From Squalus acanthias (Eukaryota): a DNA stretch of 64,000 nt. The position numbers were made by a program, and so were the translations under genes. Position 1 is the first letter of the stretch; each line of letters starts with the position of its first letter. The notes below the pieces were generated by a model. It saw only the letters and a list, made by a program, of their open reading frames with translations. It was not told where the DNA came from and ran no database searches. The stretch spans positions 153,142,001-153,206,000 of the forward strand of contig CM059432.1 of assembly GCA_030390025.1 (NCBI GenBank). The letters run 5' to 3'. Of this stretch, positions 50,460 to 61,332 are shown piece after piece.

Positions 50460-52281
50460 CTACTTTTTGCCCTTCGAGGGTGATCTCCTTCCCTTGCGCA
50501 CTTCCCCCCTTCTAACCCTACTGCTCCTCCGTAATGGGACCTCAGTGGCTGCAGCAAGGCTGGTGGAAGGCTGCTGCTTGTCAGACCCTGACACTGCAGA
50601 TGCCCCTGAAGGACGGCCTCGACCACTTCTGGGCCTGGAGGGCCCGGCTGCAGACTGCACCAACTCTGCATGGGCGGCAGCAGTCTGTCCTACAGGCGGT
50701 GGCAAGTGCAGTGGAGAAGTGACAGTGTTGGCAGCAGGAATGCTGTCATCGTGAGAGAGGACAGCAACTCCCTGCTCGCCCGACACACTGGCACTCCCAC
50801 GGGGCAGCACTTCAGCATCCGGAGCAATTTGCCTGAGAACAGATTGCTGGCCTGCTGCGGCGCGGTGACAGCCCCGGGGACATGTGCACGAACCATCGAG
50901 GATGGCAGCAGTCAGTGCTCGCGTGGCCTCAATCTGAGTCTGCATGAGAGCAGGCTCAGATGGGTTCCTGGCAGCCAGTGACTGAATTGCAGCAGTAAGC
51001 TTTAGTGTGGCATCCGCCTGTGCTACAGCGAAGTGCTCCACACTCCTTGCCAGTGCCTCAATGCATTCGGGCACCCTTCCCACTGCACCCATGAGCTCAG
51101 TGTGCATGACCACCGCCTGGCTGTTCATTTCTGCAATCAGCCGCTCCTCCTCTGCGTCCATTGCATTAGGAGTGTCTGGCATACTCTCCCTCTGGGGAGA
51201 AGGCTCCCGTTCTTCCCTCCCCCCCCCATGGCGTTGCTGCAGCCCGCTGGGTCCTGGAACTTCACCATCATCAGCCCCTTCCCCCCTGCTCCCCTCCGGG
51301 GAAGGCGTGTTCCCAGTGTGGCCATGGGCTTCCTCGGGAGAGGGTGGCACTGATGCTCCGGCTTCCTCTTCCTCCTCAGCTGCAGCATCACTCCCAGTGG
51401 CAGCTTCAGGGACCATCTCCTCAGCTGGTGAATCACCATCTGAAAGCAGGGAGGTACAAGAGTGGCTTTAGCGTGAGGACAGGGTGGCAGTAAGGGAGGA
51501 ATAAGTGCAGCGAGTTAGCAAGTTGGATTGAAAGTGTCAAAGGCTGGTATTGTGAGGGACAAGTGGAAGGACAGAGGACAAAAAGGTGATGACCTTACCA
51601 TTGCTGTCCACAACGGGGTCGGCGTCTCCAGTGGCGACGGGACCGATCACCCGGCTTGCCACAATCCTGTGGACGCGCTCCTCCAGATCGCTGAGGGGTT
51701 GCAGCTGAAGCCGCCCTCCACCCGTCCGTTGCTGCTGTCTCCGATTATGAGCCAGCTTAGCCTGCAAGAAAAAGGACAGCATCTGAGTCAATATACAGCC
51801 ATGGTCTTGCCTGATGTGCCTCCCATAGGTGAATAGCCCTTACAATATACAGCCATGGTCTTGCCTGATGTGCCTCCCATAGGTGAATAGCCCTTACTGT
51901 ATGCAAAGTGTGGAATGTGTGTGTGTGTTTGATGAAAGGGCCATAGGTGTTGGATGAGTGTTGTGCATTGGGTTTTAAGACCCTCTGGCCATAGAGTGAG
52001 GTTGAGATGGAGGGATGGAGAGGTATTGAGAAAAAGCCACTCACCCTGACGACCCGAGTGAGGTCGTTGAACTTTTTGCGGCACTGGACATGGGTCCTGG
52101 GCACCATGCTCCTGGAGGAGACGCTCTGAGCCACCTCCCTCCACACTCTTCTGAACTCGCGTGGCAAAGGCCTCCTGCCACTCTCTGGGAACAGCATGCA
52201 TCGTCTGCGCTCCACTGCGTCAACCAGAGCATCCAAGGCCCGCTCGGTGAAGCGATGAGCGCGTTCTCTCACCCTCTCCAT
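50460..52281 (-). CDS. Harbinger Myb/SANT-like DNA-binding protein; exons 52281-52045, 51761-51599, 51439-50460; 459 aa
   Basis: RFTERALDALV..W.EVA..RTHVQCRKKFNDL trihelix; canonical GT-AG sites; 237+163+980=1380 nt in frame. Confidence 0.88.
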
Positions 52282-52929
52282 GCTTGGCAGCAAAATGGAT
52301 TACAGGTCTCTCCAGGCTGAGATTCAAGGCTGCAATGAGCAGGGTGTGGCTGGGGAGCAAGTGGCCCCCCCCGCTTTAAGAAGTGTCCGGCGCCAGTGTG
52401 TCTGTGTTCCCTCGCTAACTGGCAGCAGCTGCGCTGCGCTCGTGCGCTGAGTTAGCGCCTCACTCCTAGGCCTTTGCGCCTTAAGAGAGGTGTGCAGCGC
52501 CTAATTTAGCGCTCCACTCACCTCCCGGGGCGGTAAAAGTGAAGTTTCCTGTCAGTGCCGATAATTAGCGCCAGGCGCTAATATTTGCGCGCGGACGATA
52601 TTTGCGCCCCAAATGGGGCGCGACCTAATTTCTACCCCTATGACTATGACTCTAAGTAGAAAATACAACAGCGAAAAGGGACCAGGAATTGGAGCTAAAA
52701 ACTGAGATAACTTTGAGGATGGGGGAAGAAACTGTATCAATATTGCCTGATAGGGAGCAACAGTGAAACATTATGGAGAAGGGACCCCAAGTCCAGGCTC
52801 ACGTCCAGCACAGGAGTAAGAGATGATCAGGTGGTCTTTATGTCGTTAACAGCAAGAAAGAATCTTTCAGGGAGATAGCACAGTTCAGGAGGTGTTCATC
52901 CTACAGCTACAAAGAGTTCAGGAGGGGGG

Positions 52930-53635
52930 TGACCACCAGGCAGACTAGGAAGAACAGGCAAGTAGTGCAGCAATCCCCTGGGAGTGTGGCACTCACAAGC
53001 CAGTATTCAATGTTGAATACCAGTGAGGCTGATGACACCTCAGGGGAGTGCAGTCAGAAGCAAATCCACGGCATCATGGGAGACTCGGCTGCCCAGGGAG
53101 GCAGAAGAAAGTGTAGAAATGCAGTTGTTATAGGGGATTCGATAGTCAGGGGGATAGACAGGCATTTCTGCAATCCTGAGTACGGGATGGTGTGTTGCCT
53201 CCCTGGTGCCAGGGTAAAGGATATCGTTGAACAGGCGCAGGACATTCTGCGAGGGAAGGGGAACAGCCAGAAGTCGTGGTCCATGTTGGAAGCAATGACA
53301 TGGGTAGGGAAAGGGTTGAGGTCCTACAAGCAGATTTTCAGGGGCTAGGAAAAGGATTAAAGAACAGGACCTCAAAGGTGGTAATCTCTGGGTACTCCCA
53401 GTGACACGTGCTAGTGAGTACAGAAACTGAAAGATAGGGCAGGTGAATGCATGGCTGGATAAGTGGTGCAGGAGGAAGGGTTGCAGATTCCTGGGGCATT
53501 GGGACCAATTCTGGGGCTGGAGGGATCTGTACAAGCCTGACGTGTTGCACCTGAACAGTCCTGGGACCGATGTCCTCATGGGGAGGTTAACTAGTGTTGT
53601 GGGGGAGGGTTTACACTCATTTGGCAGGGGGAGGG
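52930..53635 (+). pseudogene. CR1 ORF1 (SGNH/GDSL esterase-like) remnant, frameshifted
   Basis: VVIGDSIVRG, VCCLPGARV, NAWL..WCRRKG.RFLGHW, DVLHLN. Confidence 0.85.
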
Positions 53636-53683
53636 GCACCAGGATGCAGCAGCAGAGAGGAGAGATATGGTGCAGAGAAAACT

Positions 53684-54500
53684 AGTGATGGGAGCAAGGA
53701 CCCAGAGTGATGGGAGCAACGACCCAGAGTGATGGGAGAATGGACCCAGAGTGATGGGAGGAAGGACCCAGAGTGATGGGAGGACCCAGAGTGATGGGAG
53801 GATGGACCCAGAGTGATGGGAGCAACGACCCAGAGTGATGGGAGGATGGACCCAGAGTGATGGGAGGAAGGACCCAGAGTGATGGGAGGACCCAGAGTGA
53901 TGGGAGCAAGGACCCAGAGTGATGGGAGCAAGGACCCAGAGTGATGGGAGCAACGACCCAGAGTGATGGGAGGATGGACCCAGAGTGATGGGAGGATGGA
54001 CCCAGAGTGATGGGAGGACCCAGAGTGATGGGAGCAAGGACCCAGAGTGATGGGAGCAAGGACCCAGAGTGATGGGAGCAACGACCCAGAGTGATGGGAG
54101 GATGGACCCAGAGTGATGGGAGCAAGGACCCAGAGTGATGGGAGGATGGACCCAGAGTGATGGGAGGAAGGACCCAGAGTGATGGGAGCAACAACCCAGA
54201 GTGATGGGAGCAACGACCCAGAGTGATGGGAGGAAGGACCCAGAGTGATGGGAGCAGGGACCCAGAGTGATGGGAGGAAGGACCCAGAGTGATGGGAGCA
54301 AGGACCCAGAGTGATGGGAGGATGGACCCAGAGTGATGGGAGGATGGACCCAGAGTGATGGGACCAAGGACCCAGAGTGATGGGAGGATGGACCCAGAGT
54401 GATGGGAGGATGGACCCAGAGTGATGGGAGCAGGGACCCAGAGTGATGGGAGGATGGACCCAGAGTGATGGGAGCATGGACCCAGAGTTTCGGGAGCAAG
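53684..54500. repeat. 22-bp minisatellite (GACCCAGAGTGATGGGAG + CAAG/GATG/GAAG/CAAC) with 18-bp variant units
   Basis: About 810 bp read directly. Confidence 0.95.
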
Positions 54501-55261
54501 GACGAGCCTGGGATCAATCAAACGGGTGTCTCCAATATTGGAAGTGGACGGGACGGATGTGTTATTCGAAACAGTGGGCTGGATTTTGAATGACCCGTGG
54601 AGTCGGGTTTGGAGGCGTGTGGGGGGTTAATGTAGCAGATTCGGGGATCCCGACCCCATCCCGACTCCAACACGCCTCCTCGCAATTTTGACAAAATGGG
54701 TCGCGGGGTTCCTGACTCCGTCCCGCCTCCAAGAGGCGCGAGAGGCCATTAGCGCTCTTAACTATCCCTAAAGTGGCTCAGTAATGCCATTTTGAAGCAT
54801 TTTAGGTAGTTTAACCCTTTTCCCACGTGAAGCACGCCTGATGGGAAACACTCCAGTGAAACCTGGCGAGAGCACAAGTGGATTGCTGACTCTCAGCTGC
54901 AGCTCAACCATTAAATAGGAGATTTGATCAGCCATCAATTGCAGGTGGCAGGACTTTGTTGTAACAGGTCTGGGGGAACTTTTAGAAGGCATAACCACAG
55001 CTCTGGAAGTTTGGAGCCTGACACCCATCTGCAGTGTGACCTCCTGGGAAACCCCCTCTCGCCACCCTCATTGAGGGCTTCCTCAACTGAGACATATACC
55101 AGAGGCATGGGAGCCATTTATTTCTTCCCTCCTGGGCATCCGATGAGGAGGAACAGCAGTCGCGGCACCAGCAGAACCATGAACAACAGCAGCAGCAACA
55201 GCAGGAGCGCCAAGCTGTTGCTCAACCACCTGAAGCTGCACAGGCCAGAAGGGGCCAGCGC

Positions 55262-56335
55262 ATGGAAGGCCATCGGCGCAGGAGATACCCCACAAACAGG
55301 GTCTACAGACAGAGGGTCAGCTACCTCAACATGTCTGAGCAGCAGTGCCAAAGGCGGCTCCGACTTTCTCGAGAGGTAGTGGGTGACATCTGCGCAATGC
55401 TGCAACAAGACCTGGAGCCCAGAGGACCAGGTGGACGCCCCTTACCAGTGGCCGTCAAAGTCACCACCGCACTCAACTTTTTTGCCTCAGGCTCATTCCA
55501 GGGATCAGCAGCAGACATCAGCGGCATCTCCCAGGCGGCCGCACACACCTGCATCACGCAGGTAACCGATGCCCTCTTTGCCATCGCGCACAATCACATC
55601 CATTTCACCAAGGATCGAGCAAGTGTCACGGCGCGTGTGGTTGGATTAGCTAACCTGGCAGGCTTTCCAAGGGTGCAGGGCGTCGTTGACTGCACACATG
55701 TGGCCCTTAAGGCACCCCATCGCAATCCAGGTATTTTTGTCAACCGCAAGGGCTTCCACTCCCTCAACGTTCAGCTGGTGTGTGACCACAACAAGGAAGT
55801 TCTGCATGTTTGTGCCAAGCACCCTGGCAGTTGCCATGACTCCTTCATACTGCGCCAGTCTAGTGTGCCTCCGCTATTCAGTCCGCCAGACCAACTTCAC
55901 GGATGGCTACTTGGAGACAAGGGCTATCCCCTGAAGACGTGGCTAATGACGCCGTTGAGGAGCCCATCCAACGCAGCTGAGGAGAGCTACAACTCCAGCC
56001 ACATTTCCACCAGATCCATAATCGAGCAAACCATCGGTATGCTGAAGATGCGCTTCAGATGCCTGGATAGATCAGGTGGAGCCCTGCAATACTCAGCAGC
56101 CAGGGTCTCCAGAATCGTCGTGGTTTGCTGTGCACTTCACAACATGGCACAGCGTCGTGGCTTACAGATGCCGGAGGACCAAGTGGCTCCTCACATAGCC
56201 TCCTCAGATGAGGAGGAGGAGGAGGAGAGAGAGAACGAACAACTTGCAGAGGCCCCTCAACCAGCGGCAGCATTACGCGAGACCATTGCTGCCCGGAATG
56301 CAAGGAACGCACTCATCTTGGCCAGATTTGCTTAG
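55262..56335 (+). CDS. Harbinger DDE transposase, 357 aa from the first in-frame ATG; original start probably 55107 with a frameshift
   Basis: GVVDCTH, PGSCHD, LLGDKGY and [16 protein letters not shown]; frame open from 55091. Confidence 0.9.
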   Translation: MEGHRRRRYPTNRVYRQRVSYLNMSEQQCQRRLRLSREVVGDICAMLQQDLEPRGPGGRPLPVAVKVTTALNFFASGSFQGSAADISGISQAAAHTCITQVTDALFAIAHNHIHFTKDRASVTARVVGLANLAGFPRVQGVVDCTHVALKAPHRNPGIFVNRKGFHSLNVQLVCDHNKEVLHVCAKHPGSCHDSFILRQSSVPPLFSPPDQLHGWLLGDKGYPLKTWLMTPLRSPSNAAEESYNSSHISTRSIIEQTIGMLKMRFRCLDRSGGALQYSAARVSRIVVVCCALHNMAQRRGLQMPEDQVAPHIASSDEEEEEERENEQLAEAPQPAAALRETIAARNARNALILARFA

Positions 56336-56592
56336 CCTAGACAAGAAAGCACTTTTGCCTCGCAGCTTCTTACCAGAGCTACGACAATGGCCCAGACCCA
56401 GTGGATCCCTAACAATATGACCACCATACTGACAATTGCAAGTTATCCTAAGACCTCATTGTGGAAGTCCCATTAGCGAAATGACAGATGCCACAACTGC
56501 AGCTGTAGCCATCAGAGTTTTTATTTAAACTTTAGGCCTGATGGCTTTTTAACAATACACATCAAAGTTCACCCAAGTGACTACCCTTGTGA

Positions 56593-58510
56593 CTATTTGT
56601 GCAGTTTCTTTCTCTTATGCATGCTCCTACGTGGTGCTTCCCCTGTGGCTTCAGCAGAAGTGGAGGCCCCCTGCTCACTTTGTTGCTGCTCCTGTCTCGA
56701 CTCCTTTGGCGGGCATCCTCTGGGGTTGCGAACCTGCGAGGGCTTGGCAACAGTCTGCTGCTCCTATGGCTGGGCAGGGGTTGAGACGCCGATCTCACTT
56801 CGGTGCGGACTCAGGTGGGGCTCTGAGCGAGGACCTGTCAGTGGCATGGAAGTGTGAGCGCTTGGAGAGGAGCCCCCACCTCCTTGTTGTGTGCCACCAA
56901 CATCCCTCTCATGGGTCAGGTCCACCAAAGCGCTTGCAAGTGGCTTGAGAGCACCTTGCTGCACATCAGGGGGGCCATGGGGACCCGTATCTGCACTGGA
57001 AGTCCTACTCAGAAGGACTTCCATAAAGGTCTGGTTTCTCTGTTCAATAGATGACCATCGCTCCTCCAGAGATGTCATTCTATTCAGAACAATCACCATG
57101 TTTTCTGCACTCTGGCGACTTATCACCTCCATGGAGGTTGCCATCCTTTCCATGGTGATGCGTTCATGCGCCAATGACTCCACAAAGGCTCTGCTCATGT
57201 TCGCTATGGACTCCTCCATTCGCTCCACACTCGCAGCGACCCTGGAGATAAAACCTGTCAGAGACTCCTGCATCTGTTCCTGGAGTCCCAGCACCGCTGA
57301 TCTTATGGATGGACCCAGAGGCAGAGGGTCGACATGCAGCTGAGCCGAGCTAGGAGAGTCCTGCGCCCTCCGACTAGGACTCTCCACTGCTGTCCCTGTC
57401 TCCACCATCTGCTGATGCTCACTTGTGAGCTGTGATACACCAGGTGACAACACTACTCTATGTCCCGAGAGTCCCACCGAGGTGTGAGTCTCTGCGCTGG
57501 GTGCGCTTAGTTCTGCTGACGCTGCGCCCTCAGAGGTTGCAGCTTCCTCTGAGGAGTCTGTCTGCTCAGGCTCTTCCTCCTGGCTAGTGGGGACAGGTGC
57601 TTGCGATGGTCCTGTGGGGGAGTAAAGGAAAGAGTCAGAGATGAGATGCCAAGGTTATATGCACATTGCATATTGCAGATGATCATAAATCCATCTGTTA
57701 GAGCTTCAGATTCATTATCAGCAACTCATGCAATGTCAATGAGAGAGATGGAACACTATTCAGTCACCAACTTGCTCTGCTGCACCCGTCTGTCCGTCCC
57801 CCACTTGCGTTTCCTCCTGGACGCCCACGATCTCCAGGACCGCGTCCTCCCAGGGGGTGAGCTGGGCTAATGAGGGTGGCCCTCCTCCTGTCCTGGCTCT
57901 TTCCCTTTTATTGTGAGCTCTCTTTTCCTGCAATGAGGGAGACAAGTGGAGTTTGAGTGAGATTGAAGGAGTGAGTGTAGAGAATCCATAGCACAGATGC
58001 TTAGAAGGAGACAAAGATGGATTGAGCTGGCGAGACTAAGGGCCCTCCCTGTGTGTTGTAAGTTGTTTTCAAAGCATGACAGTGATAGGGAGTGTGAGGG
58101 CTGCATAGTCGAATAGTAAGGTGAATGTGACCATAGAGGGAGAGGGAATGGGTAAGGGTGCATGGATGTCAGTGTCAAGTGGGATATGGAGGAAGAGGTT
58201 GCTAAAGCTGAGTGCTGGTGAGGAGAGGCAATGGGGATCAGATTGAGGGTGAAGGGAAAGTCATACTCACTTTAGCAGTACATAGAAGGTCATGAAACCT
58301 CTTCCTGCACTGGATCCAGGTTCTGCATGTCAAAGATAAGGAGGTGACCTCCTGGGCGATCTGGACCCACACAACCTTTGTCTGCTGGGGAGGCTTCTTC
58401 CTCCCTGAGGAGGGGAAGAGCACCTCCTTGTTGGCTCTTGCTCCATCCACCAAAGCCTGAAGGGCAACGTCATGGAACCTGGGAGCAGCCCTGGGCCGTT
58501 GGCGGGCCAT
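56593..58510 (-). pseudogene. Harbinger Myb/SANT-like gene; exons 58510-58271, 57927-57768, 57611-56593; premature TAG at 56766-56764
   Basis: AAPRFHDVALQALV..RTWIQCRKRFHDL; same intron phases as element A; read-through restores a C-terminus similar to A. Confidence 0.8.
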
Positions 58511-60402
58511 TCCTGCTGCAGGTGCTTAGATATGAGGTCCAAAAGCTTGGCAGCCTGCAGAGGAAGCAAGGCTTGTTGCAGACCTTAAATGCAGCAGCAA
58601 TGATGACGTCATCGGAGGCGACTTTCAGACTGGAATAACTCATTGGCCATGGGTTCCCACATGTTGGAACTCAATTGGCCAATTAAGTTAAAATCGCATC
58701 ATTAATTCACATTAATCTGGAGTCGGGGGGGCAACACGGAATGTGGGTAACACGACCCCAACCCGACCCCAAGACAAAATCCAGCCCAAAGTGTTTGGGA
58801 AATTGGGCAAGATCTTGGAAACAGCAGCCACCTGAACAACTTGAATGGATGTATTGCACCAGCTTCCCAGGCTCTGCAATTATAAGCATATAAAAGAGAG
58901 ATATTTAACTGTTCAGAAAACAGCAATGTAACGGATGTAACAGGAAGCTTGATGTTCTCTGATTCCACGTTCGGCTGCCCTCCTGGATTCCCTAGGGTCA
59001 AGCCTAATTCAATATTCACAATGATTTCACCGCCCATATCGGGGCTGATGCCAAAAGCTCGCTAAATATGTGTGTGTAGAGGGGGAGAAAATATGAAACT
59101 GCACAAGTGAATAACCTTTAAACAGCTGATGACAAAAGTTAAAGGGTATGTGGCCAATTAAATGTATAGAGCATTTTTTTGTTTTAGCCTTTGTGAAGGC
59201 TAATATTGCAAATGTTAATATTGCTGATATTTTGGCCCATCCAAAGGTCGTTTGAAGCAAGAAAGTCTCTCTCAAAGCTCAATGGCTGCTGGTATAAGCA
59301 TGGGATGAAAGTAATGGAGTCTGTATGGTTGAAGGCTGGCATAGTGGAGGTGCAGCTGCAAGTGGGTATGTGAAGGGTTCCTGTGTTTGGCATGCTCCCC
59401 AGTGCAGCATTCTTAGAGGAAGGTGGTAGCAAAATGTTGAGGAAGGAGGTGGCCTTGACTCTCACGATCAGCCCCGTTCCATTCTTGCAGGTTGGCTATA
59501 GGTATCCCTGCAGAAAATGACACAGGGCTGCAAGTGGCCCCATGCTGACTTGGAGTCTGCGGAGATTTGCATGTATGGTTGGTGACGCAATGGTGGCTGC
59601 AGGTTATCTGGTTCTGGGGCCTGCTGTTTTCCCTGGCATGCCTTCTTTCACCTTGCACAACTTAACGGTCTTATAATATGGTCGGCCAAATCATCAATGG
59701 ATTGTCCAGATGAAATAACGAAATCAACCCCATCACTAACTTTAATGGCTCAACTTGTATTGTAACAACTCTTCTTTTTGGTTCCCTCTTTTTCAGCTGT
59801 TCTGTTGAAATTCTCTAAATGCTTCGGTTACAGTCCACTTCCCAGTGAATTAAGACAAGATCCAGATACCTTATAATCCATATAAAGCTAGGAGTGTTTT
59901 TATACTGATGGAAACATTTTTCACAGAAACATTAATAAGAATTAATAACAGAAGCCTTTAGTGCAAAATAAGAGGTTAAAGCCTTGAATCCTTACAGAGC
60001 ACCATTGTTTGTGGAGCTTTCCTTCATCTCAAATCGAAGGGGTGAAGGGACAGTCAGCTCCTACTTGGTTCAAGTGGACAGTAAATCTCACTAGTCCTCA
60101 TTTAAATACATTATAATATTTAAATGGAGCTATGTTACCTTTTTGGTGAGACAAATTTAGGCTGGTCTGAAAGGCCTGCTGGGAAACATATGTGACGGTG
60201 AAGATTCAGCTAGATGTATCTTAGCCAGATTTTCTGTTTCCACAGCACCAATACCACTCCTGCATCACTAGACTTAGGGGCCAGAAAATAAGTGAGATTC
60301 CACAAACCCACACCCCCAGGGGTTGCACTTTGGGAGACTGCTTGTGATTTTCCACCCATTCATTTCCTGTGATAAGTTTCTGTGCTGGAGCACCAGATCA
60401 CA

Positions 60403-61128
60403 GGGGGAGAAATTCAGTGTCGTCCGTTTGGGGCGGTAAATTTTGAAATCCTGAAAAATTAGCGGCAGGCGCTAATGATTCTCAGCTTCCACGTAATTGG
60501 CTGTTAGTGCTCCAGGACGGAAGTGGAGCGCTAAATCAAGCGCTATCACTTCCCTTGGAGCGCTAAAGCCGGCAAGAGGGGCAGTAGCGGTGCAGCGTTG
60601 CCCAATGTTGAGGACGGCGCTGCGGGAACGGAGGCTCCTTCCCTCCCTTAAAGGGAAGGGCCATCGCTGCAGGCTCTGCATTAAAACGAGGTCCCTCGTC
60701 ACCGACGGCAGCCGCGATCCGACACTCGAGCAGAGCGCAGGGCTGATCGATCGCGGCCCAAGAAAATAATGAAAAATTAACGTTAGGCTTCACAAAAAAT
60801 ATTTCCCCCCCGCAACCATCATCCCCTTTAAACAGCGCTCCCGAAGCGCCCGGCCTCCCGAACAACGCCTCCTGCAGCTGTCGGTGTTGTCGCCCGGCGA
60901 TGCTGCAGAGAGCGGAACCAAATTTCAGGTCCGGGGTGCTACCGGGGCGATGCGCAGGACGATGACGTCACGATCTCTGGGCGCAGGGGTTACCGCCGCT
61001 GCAAACCTCCAGGTGAATTTAGCGGGAGTCGTTTCTTTCACCGCGCCCAGGCGGTAAGTCATTAGTGCCCCATTATCGCCCCCCCGGAGGCGCTAACAGG
61101 AGGCGCTAACCAACCGAATTTCTCCCCT
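60403..61128. mobile_element. Harbinger MITE (726 bp) of the element-A lineage
   Basis: GGGGGAGAAATTC / GAATTTCTCCCCT; ACA/ACA TSD; collinear with 18582-19297. Confidence 0.88.
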
Positions 61129-61332
61129 ACAGATTCCCTAAAACAATGAAACAAAGAGGTATGCACTTTTAATAGGGCTCTGTACAATAATATAATGCAA
61201 AACCCCTTTCAAAAATTACCCCTTTACCCTCACTGTGAAACTTCCCAGTGCTTAGCTGCAGGTTTAAGCACAGCTTGGTTTTACCATTATCTCCTAGGGA
61301 AACTTAATTCCCACATCCCTTGAAGGAATTCT

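Larger units (their letters stand above)
48493..52638 (+). mobile_element. Full-length, putatively autonomous PIF/Harbinger transposon A (4146 bp)
   Basis: GGGGTAAAAATT / AATTTCTACCCC TIRs; TAT/TAT TSD; two convergent intact genes. Confidence 0.95.
54576..58787 (+). mobile_element. Full-length PIF/Harbinger transposon B (~4.2 kb), slightly decayed
   Basis: Perfect 13-bp TIR GGGCTGGATTTTG; two convergent genes; flanks AGT/AAA do not match. Confidence 0.88.

Noticed and set aside
49335..51471. Antisense and alternate-frame ORFs over the Harbinger genes
   Set aside because: Shadows of GC-rich coding sequence with no recognisable motifs
53591..54521. CRISPR-like array and ~300-aa repeat ORFs
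   Set aside because: Variable parts are only 0-4 nt and recur; eukaryotic context with no cas genes; the ORFs are repeat artefacts in all three minus frames
49005..56335. Domesticated HARBI1/NAIF1 host genes
   Set aside because: TIRs, a TSD (element A), paired Myb genes, several related remnants and insertion into a LINE tail indicate transposons, so no gene symbol was given
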